Source of the DNA: a bacterium
GTDB lineage: Bacteria; UBA8248
Assembly (NCBI GenBank): GCA_965213625.1
Contig: CBDBZU010000004.1
Coordinates: 864,001 to 928,000, forward strand
Direction: 5' to 3'
Length of the DNA stretch: 64,000 bases
Shown piece after piece: positions 58,837 to 64,000 of this stretch. Numbering within the stretch: position 1 is the stretch's first letter; each line of letters opens with the position of its first letter. The translations under genes and the position numbers were made by a program. The notes beneath the pieces were generated by a model. The model ran no database searches. It was not told where the DNA came from and saw only the letters and a program-made list of their open reading frames with translations.

Positions 58837-61800
58837 ATGAACATCGCCGAATTCACCATCAGGAACACCGTGTTGAGCGTCATCGTCATCGCGTTGACGA
58901 TTGCGGGCGGCTGGTCGGCCTACCGGGACATGGCGCGTTTCGAGGATCCGGAATTCATCATTCGCCAGGCCCTTGTCATCACGGGCTACCCGGGCGCCGG
59001 CCCTCACGAAGTCGCGCTCGAGATTACCGAGCCCCTGGAGAAGGCCATCCGGCAATTGGTGGAGGTCGACACCATCGAGTCCGTTTCCACTTCGGGAAGG
59101 TCCGAGATCAACGTGGAAATAAAATACGAAGCGTCGCCGAGCAAAACCGACCTCCAACTCATCTGGACCAAGCTGCGCAACAAGGTGAACGACGCCGCCC
59201 GGGGCCTGCCGCCCGGCGCGGAAACGCCCTACGTAGCCGACGATTTCGGCGACGTCTTCAGCCTGCTCTACTTCATTACCGGCGACGGCTATTCGCTCGC
59301 CGAGTTGAAACGCTACGGCAAATCCTTGCAGGGCTCCTTGCTCCAGGTCGAGGGCGTCGCCCACGTCACGCTGGACGGACTGCAAAAGGAAGCGATTTTC
59401 GTCGAGATATCCAGACAGGACGCAGCCGCCCTGGGGCTTTCCATTTCCAACATCTACGACACGCTCGCGCAACAAAACGCCGTCGTCGCATCGGGGGACG
59501 TCAAAATCGGCGACCGGCGCATCGTGATCGATCCCACCGGGTCGATTGATTCCGTCGAGGCGATCCGAAACCTCCTCGTATCGTCCGACAACAAGGGGAA
59601 AGTGATTTTCTTGAAGGATATCGCGCGCGTCTGGCGGGGTTACCGGGAGCCTGCGGAAAAACTGTATCGATACAACGGTGAGGCGGCGATTGCGCTGGGC
59701 GTTTCGGGCGCATCGGGCGGGAACATCGTGAAAATCGGCGCGGCCATCGACGAGAAAATCGCGGAGGGCGAGAGGTCGCGCCCCTTGGGCGTCGAGATCC
59801 ATGAATTCTACCACCAGGGGAAAATCGTGGACGAATCGGTGCGCGTCTTCGTCAGCAATGTGATCGCCGCGCTGGTCATCGTCATCGTCACGCTGCTGAT
59901 CTTCATGGGGCTGAGATCGGCCGTCGTGATCGGCGCGATTCTGCTTATGACGATTTTCGCCACCCTGGCGACGATGCACGCCGCCGACATTCCCATGCAC
60001 CGCATCTCCCTCGGCGCGCTCATCATAGCCCTGGGCATGATGGTGGACAACGCGATCGTGGTGACAGAGGGCATTCTCGTGGGCATGCAGAGGGGCGCCG
60101 GGAAACTGGAAATTGCGAACCGCATCGTCAAACGCGCCGTCTGGCCGCTGCTGGGCGGCACCCTGGTCGGCATCATCGCCTTCGCGCCCATCGGCTTCGC
60201 GCCCGGCTCCACTGCCGAGTATACCGGCCATCTGTTCTGGGTGATCCTGATCTCACTGATGTACAGCTGGGTATTCGCCGTTACGCTGACGCCGCTGTTC
60301 TGTTTCTGGCTCTTCGGGGAGCCTGCGGCGTCCTCGGGAGGCCGCGCGAGGCCCGAGAGCGGCTTGTTGCGAACATACAAGCGGTTTCTGCGCTTCGCGC
60401 TCAGAATGCGCATCGTCGTCATCGTCGGCGTGGTGAGCATATTTCTCGCCTCGGCCTGGGGCTTCCGGTTCGTCAAATCCGGATTTTTCCCCGCATCCAC
60501 CACGCCGCTGTTCGTCGTGGACTACTGGCTGCCCGAGGGGACGGACATCTCCAGGACCGCGCGCGACATCACGGCGCTGGAGAAGTTCGTCGCGGGCCTC
60601 GAGGGGGTCGACGCGGTGCAGGCGTCCATCGGGGCCGGTGCGCCGCGATTCATGCTGGTCTATCCCCCCGAATCCGGGAACCCGGCCTACGGACAACTGC
60701 TGGTGCGCACGGACGACTATCGAATCATCGGCGGCCTGATGCCGAAGATTCACGCATACGTGGAAAACGCCTTTCCCCAGGCCCAGGGGAAGGTGTGGCG
60801 CTTCGTGCTGGGGCCCGGCGGCGGGTCGAAAATCGAGGCCGAGTTCAGCGGGCCTGAGCCTGAAGCGCTTCGCGCCCTGGCGGACCGGGCCAAGGCCGTC
60901 ATGGCGGCCGACGGCGGAGCGCTGTCGATAAAGGACGACTGGCGACAGCCGGTGAGCGTGATCGAACCTGTTTATGCGGAAAGCCCGGGGCGGCGCGCGG
61001 GCGTCTCCCGCGAGGACCTGGCGAAGGCCCTGCAAAGAAACTTTTCCGGGCGTGTCGTCGGCGTCTACCGGGAGAACGACGAACTGGTTCCGATTATCTC
61101 CCGCGCACCCGAACACGAACGCGTGGATATCGACAACATCCACAACATTCAGGTGCTGAGTTCGGTCACGGGCAGAGCGGTGCCCATCGGCCAGGTGACC
61201 GACGGCTTCCGGACGCTGTGGCGCGATGGTCTGGTCCGGCGCAAGGACCGCGTCTGGCGAATCAAGGCGCAAAGCGACCCGTACCCGAACGAACTGCCTG
61301 CGGACCTCTTCGCGCGCCTTCGTCCGAAAATCGAAACCATCGACCTGCCCGAAGGCTACCGGCTCGAATGGGGCGGGGAGCACGGCGACTCGAAGGAGGC
61401 CAACGAAAACCTGGCCTCGACCATCCCGTTGGGCTTCCTCGCTATGGTGCTCGTCGTGTTCGTCCTGTTCGGCAGCGTCAGGCAGCCCGTCGTGATCTGG
61501 CTGGTCGTGCCGCTCGCCATCACCGGGGTGGTCGTCGGGTTGCTGGCGACGGGCACGCCCATGGAGTTCATGGCAATTCTGGGCTTGTTGTCTTTGTCGG
61601 GGCTGCTGATCAAGAATGCGATCGTGCTCGTCGATCAGACCGATCTGGAAATCGGCGAGGGCAAGGCGCGCTTCGACGCCGTGGTCGATGCGGCGGCCAG
61701 TCGCGTGCGCCCCGTTATGATGGGCGCATTGACGACCGTGCTGGGGGTCATGCCGTTGTATTTCGATGCGTTCTTCAAGTCGATGTCCGTGGTGCTCATA

Positions 61801-61914
61801 TTCGGACTCACCTTCGCCACACTGTTGACGCTGGTGATCGCGCCGGTGCTCTATGCCTTGTTTTTCCGAATCGGCCCGACGGAAGTCGAGGGAGGTGCGA
61901 ACGATGCGGAATAA
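58837..61914 (+). CDS. RND efflux permease (AcrB/AcrD/AcrF family)
   Basis: RFEDP.F, DDFGDV, ALGMMVDNAIV, GLLIKNAIV, RVRPV.M..LTT.LG. Confidence 0.96.
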   Translation: MNIAEFTIRNTVLSVIVIALTIAGGWSAYRDMARFEDPEFIIRQALVITGYPGAGPHEVALEITEPLEKAIRQLVEVDTIESVSTSGRSEINVEIKYEASPSKTDLQLIWTKLRNKVNDAARGLPPGAETPYVADDFGDVFSLLYFITGDGYSLAELKRYGKSLQGSLLQVEGVAHVTLDGLQKEAIFVEISRQDAAALGLSISNIYDTLAQQNAVVASGDVKIGDRRIVIDPTGSIDSVEAIRNLLVSSDNKGKVIFLKDIARVWRGYREPAEKLYRYNGEAAIALGVSGASGGNIVKIGAAIDEKIAEGERSRPLGVEIHEFYHQGKIVDESVRVFVSNVIAALVIVIVTLLIFMGLRSAVVIGAILLMTIFATLATMHAADIPMHRISLGALIIALGMMVDNAIVVTEGILVGMQRGAGKLEIANRIVKRAVWPLLGGTLVGIIAFAPIGFAPGSTAEYTGHLFWVILISLMYSWVFAVTLTPLFCFWLFGEPAASSGGRARPESGLLRTYKRFLRFALRMRIVVIVGVVSIFLASAWGFRFVKSGFFPASTTPLFVVDYWLPEGTDISRTARDITALEKFVAGLEGVDAVQASIGAGAPRFMLVYPPESGNPAYGQLLVRTDDYRIIGGLMPKIHAYVENAFPQAQGKVWRFVLGPGGGSKIEAEFSGPEPEALRALADRAKAVMAADGGALSIKDDWRQPVSVIEPVYAESPGRRAGVSREDLAKALQRNFSGRVVGVYRENDELVPIISRAPEHERVDIDNIHNIQVLSSVTGRAVPIGQVTDGFRTLWRDGLVRRKDRVWRIKAQSDPYPNELPADLFARLRPKIETIDLPEGYRLEWGGEHGDSKEANENLASTIPLGFLAMVLVVFVLFGSVRQPVVIWLVVPLAITGVVVGLLATGTPMEFMAILGLLSLSGLLIKNAIVLVDQTDLEIGEGKARFDAVVDAAASRVRPVMMGALTTVLGVMPLYFDAFFKSMSVVLIFGLTFATLLTLVIAPVLYALFFRIGPTEVEGGANDAE

Positions 61915-63322
61915 GAGGTCGTCCCTGCCCATCCAGGCGTTATCGGTCTGCTTTCTGGTCGCGCTAATTGGCTGCGGCCGCGCGAAGGTCCGCGGCGATG
62001 AAACCGTTAAAGCCAAAATCGCGCGTCAGACCACGTTTACGCCGCAAACCTGGGCGACGAGCGTGGACGAGTCCCGACTCCGAAGCGCGAGGCGGGTTGA
62101 CTGGCTGAAATCCTTTCAGGACGCCCGGCTGAGTGGTTTGGTCGCCCAGACCCTGGCAAACAACCGCGACCTCATGGCCGCGGCGGCGAACGTGGAGCGC
62201 GCCAGGGCGTTGGCCGTTCAAGCCGGCGCGCAACTGAAGCCCCAGGTGAATCTGGCCTTCGCCGGCTCGCGCTCCGGCGCACTCGAGAGCGCCGTGCCCG
62301 AGGTTTCGGACCACAAACTCTCGGTTCAGCTGAACTGGGAAGTCGACCTGTGGGGGCGCATCGGCGCGGGTCGGCGCGCGGCCGTCGCCAGCGCCGATGC
62401 CGCGGCCGCCGACTACAAATACGCGCAACACTCCCTGACAGCGGCGACGGCAAAAGCCTACTTCATCTCGATCGAGGTGGGGCGGCAAGCGGCCATATTG
62501 AAGGAAATCCTCGCGTCGCTCAAAGAAACCGTCCGCATCGTCAATGTGCAATACGAGAACGGACTCACCTCCGCTCAGGACGTCGCGTTGGCGAAATCCG
62601 ATTTGGCGTCCACCCGCGAACAATTGATCACGCTTGAGTCGTCTGAGAGAGAGGCGCTCCGCGCGCTGGAAGTGCTGTTGGGACGCTACCCCAAGGGCGA
62701 GCTCGCCGTGCGCGCGGCGTTGCCGCCTCTGCCGCCCATGCCGCCGCCGGGCGTGCCCTCCGACATCCTGGAGCGGCGGCCGGATCTGATCGCCGGCGAA
62801 CGCCGCGTCGCCGCCGCCTTCAACGCCCTGAAACAGGCGAAGGCCGCGCGCCTGCCGCAGTTGAGCCTGACCGGTAGCATCGGAGGAGTCTCTGGTTCCC
62901 TGTCGAACATCACCGATCCGGCCAACATCGCCTGGCGGATCGCTGGCAACCTGTTGGCCCCCATCTTCGACGGCGGCGCCGGAAAAGCGCAGGTGGAAAT
63001 CGCAACGGCGGAACAAAAGCAAGCCCTGGCGGCCTATGCCCAAACCGCGCTCAACGCATTCAGCGAAGTGGAAACCAATCTCGACCTCGCCAGCACGCTC
63101 GCCCGGCGCGAAGAGGCGCTCGGCGTCGCGCTCGGGGAGGCGGAAAAGGCGCACCGAATCGCCCGGCTCAGATACACCGAAGGCGAAATCGGCCTGATCG
63201 ACCTGTTGGCCATACAACAGCGCGTGCTCTCGGCGAAGAGCAATATGTTGTCCGTCCGGCGTCTCGCGCTCGAACAGCGCGTTAATCTCTTTCTCGCGCT
63301 GGGCGGGAACTGGGAAAGTTGA
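61904..63322 (+). CDS. Outer membrane efflux lipoprotein (OprM/NodT family)
   Basis: LIGC lipobox, F.D..L, NNRDL, WEVDLWGR, ERRPDL, AF.EVE, LALGG.W. Confidence 0.95.
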   Translation: MRNKRSSLPIQALSVCFLVALIGCGRAKVRGDETVKAKIARQTTFTPQTWATSVDESRLRSARRVDWLKSFQDARLSGLVAQTLANNRDLMAAAANVERARALAVQAGAQLKPQVNLAFAGSRSGALESAVPEVSDHKLSVQLNWEVDLWGRIGAGRRAAVASADAAAADYKYAQHSLTAATAKAYFISIEVGRQAAILKEILASLKETVRIVNVQYENGLTSAQDVALAKSDLASTREQLITLESSEREALRALEVLLGRYPKGELAVRAALPPLPPMPPPGVPSDILERRPDLIAGERRVAAAFNALKQAKAARLPQLSLTGSIGGVSGSLSNITDPANIAWRIAGNLLAPIFDGGAGKAQVEIATAEQKQALAAYAQTALNAFSEVETNLDLASTLARREEALGVALGEAEKAHRIARLRYTEGEIGLIDLLAIQQRVLSAKSNMLSVRRLALEQRVNLFLALGGNWES

Positions 63323-63587
63323 ATGCATACGAGTCCGTCGCGCATTCAGGCACTGCCTGGAAAAGCTGCTTGTCCGAAACATCGGAAAAAACCTAACGCC
63401 CGTTTTCAGACGGTGGGGGGTTTCGCGCGGGGGTGAAGTCCTTGTAGTCTGTTGAAAGTATTTCGGGTATTTATATTTTGTGAGTTTCGTGCAGGATTTG
63501 CTTGTTGTAAGAAGTAATCAGATCGGAAGCGGACGAATTCAAACTTCTGCGCATCTTGGGGAGTTTATATCGACGAAATGGGGTATC

Positions 63588-64000
63588 CGATGGGGTGGAC
63601 GCGCCTTCCCGGTGCCATCAAACTGGGCGAGTTGACATGGTCTGCCGCCCTGCGGGAGGAGCGAGATGGAACAGGTCCACATCATCGGCATCGACTTGGC
63701 GAAACACGGATTTGGGCTCCACGGCGCGCGCGTAGACGGGTCGGTCGCGTTCCGCAAGAAGCTGACGCGGGGGAAGGTGTTGGGTTTTCTGGAATCGCAG
63801 CCTCAGTGCCGGGTTGCGATGGAGGCATGCGGGAGTGCGCACTATTGGGGCCGCGAGATCGGCGAACTCGGCCATGAGGTGAAGATCATGCCACCGCGAT
63901 ATGTGAAGGCGTTCGTCAAACGTCAGAAGAACGACGACGCGGACGCGGAGGCGATCTGCGAGGCGGCTTCGCGTCCGAGTATGCGCTTCGTGGCGGTGAA
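63588..64000 (+). mobile_element. IS110-family (IS1111-group) element: left end and transposase N-terminus from 63666, running off the window
   Basis: Open frame MEQVHIIGIDLAKHGF...MEACGSAHYW.R...GHEV.......VK.FVKRQKND..DAEAI (DEDD RuvC-like); missed by the ORF track because it has no stop in the window. Confidence 0.95.

Noticed and set aside
60253-63382. Long minus-strand ORFs (587 aa, 472 aa) and similar ones at 58768, 55345 and 44115
   Set aside because: Antisense shadows of GC-rich genes with no recognisable motifs.

Overview
Bacterial window in two parts. Roughly 1-42.8 kb is gene-dense, moderate-GC core or metabolic DNA: a Mo-hydroxylase large subunit, crotonases, acyl-CoA dehydrogenase, MATE pair, MscS, nadAC, MmgE/PrpD, tupABC, an isolated dnaN, thrC-PTPS-SDR-ferredoxin, tsaC, purE and ridA. 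Roughly 43.2-64 kb is a visibly GC-richer accessory region full of remnants (IS110/IS1111, IS66, tyrosine integrase, Cache domain, zur/znu, higA, K+ channel, autotransporter), with an intact IS256, an S8 protease and an RND efflux operon. Main signals the ORF track misses: (1) two probable selenoproteins read through in-frame UGA, each with a SECIS-like hairpin: a UGSC-family protein (4121-4651, GrdB-like UGSCTLC motif) near two unknown-function partner genes, and an O6-alkylguanine alkyltransferase with PUHRV in place of PCHRV (7927-8478); (2) an acidic protein ending in an archaeal/eukaryotic-type ribosomal protein eL13 domain (50451-51404), directly upstream of a decayed zur-znuC-znuB unit; (3) an 8-nt simple sequence repeat next to consensus TTGACA/TATAAT hexamers. 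No rRNA, tRNA or CRISPR array was seen. All product calls come from motif recognition by eye; no searches were run.
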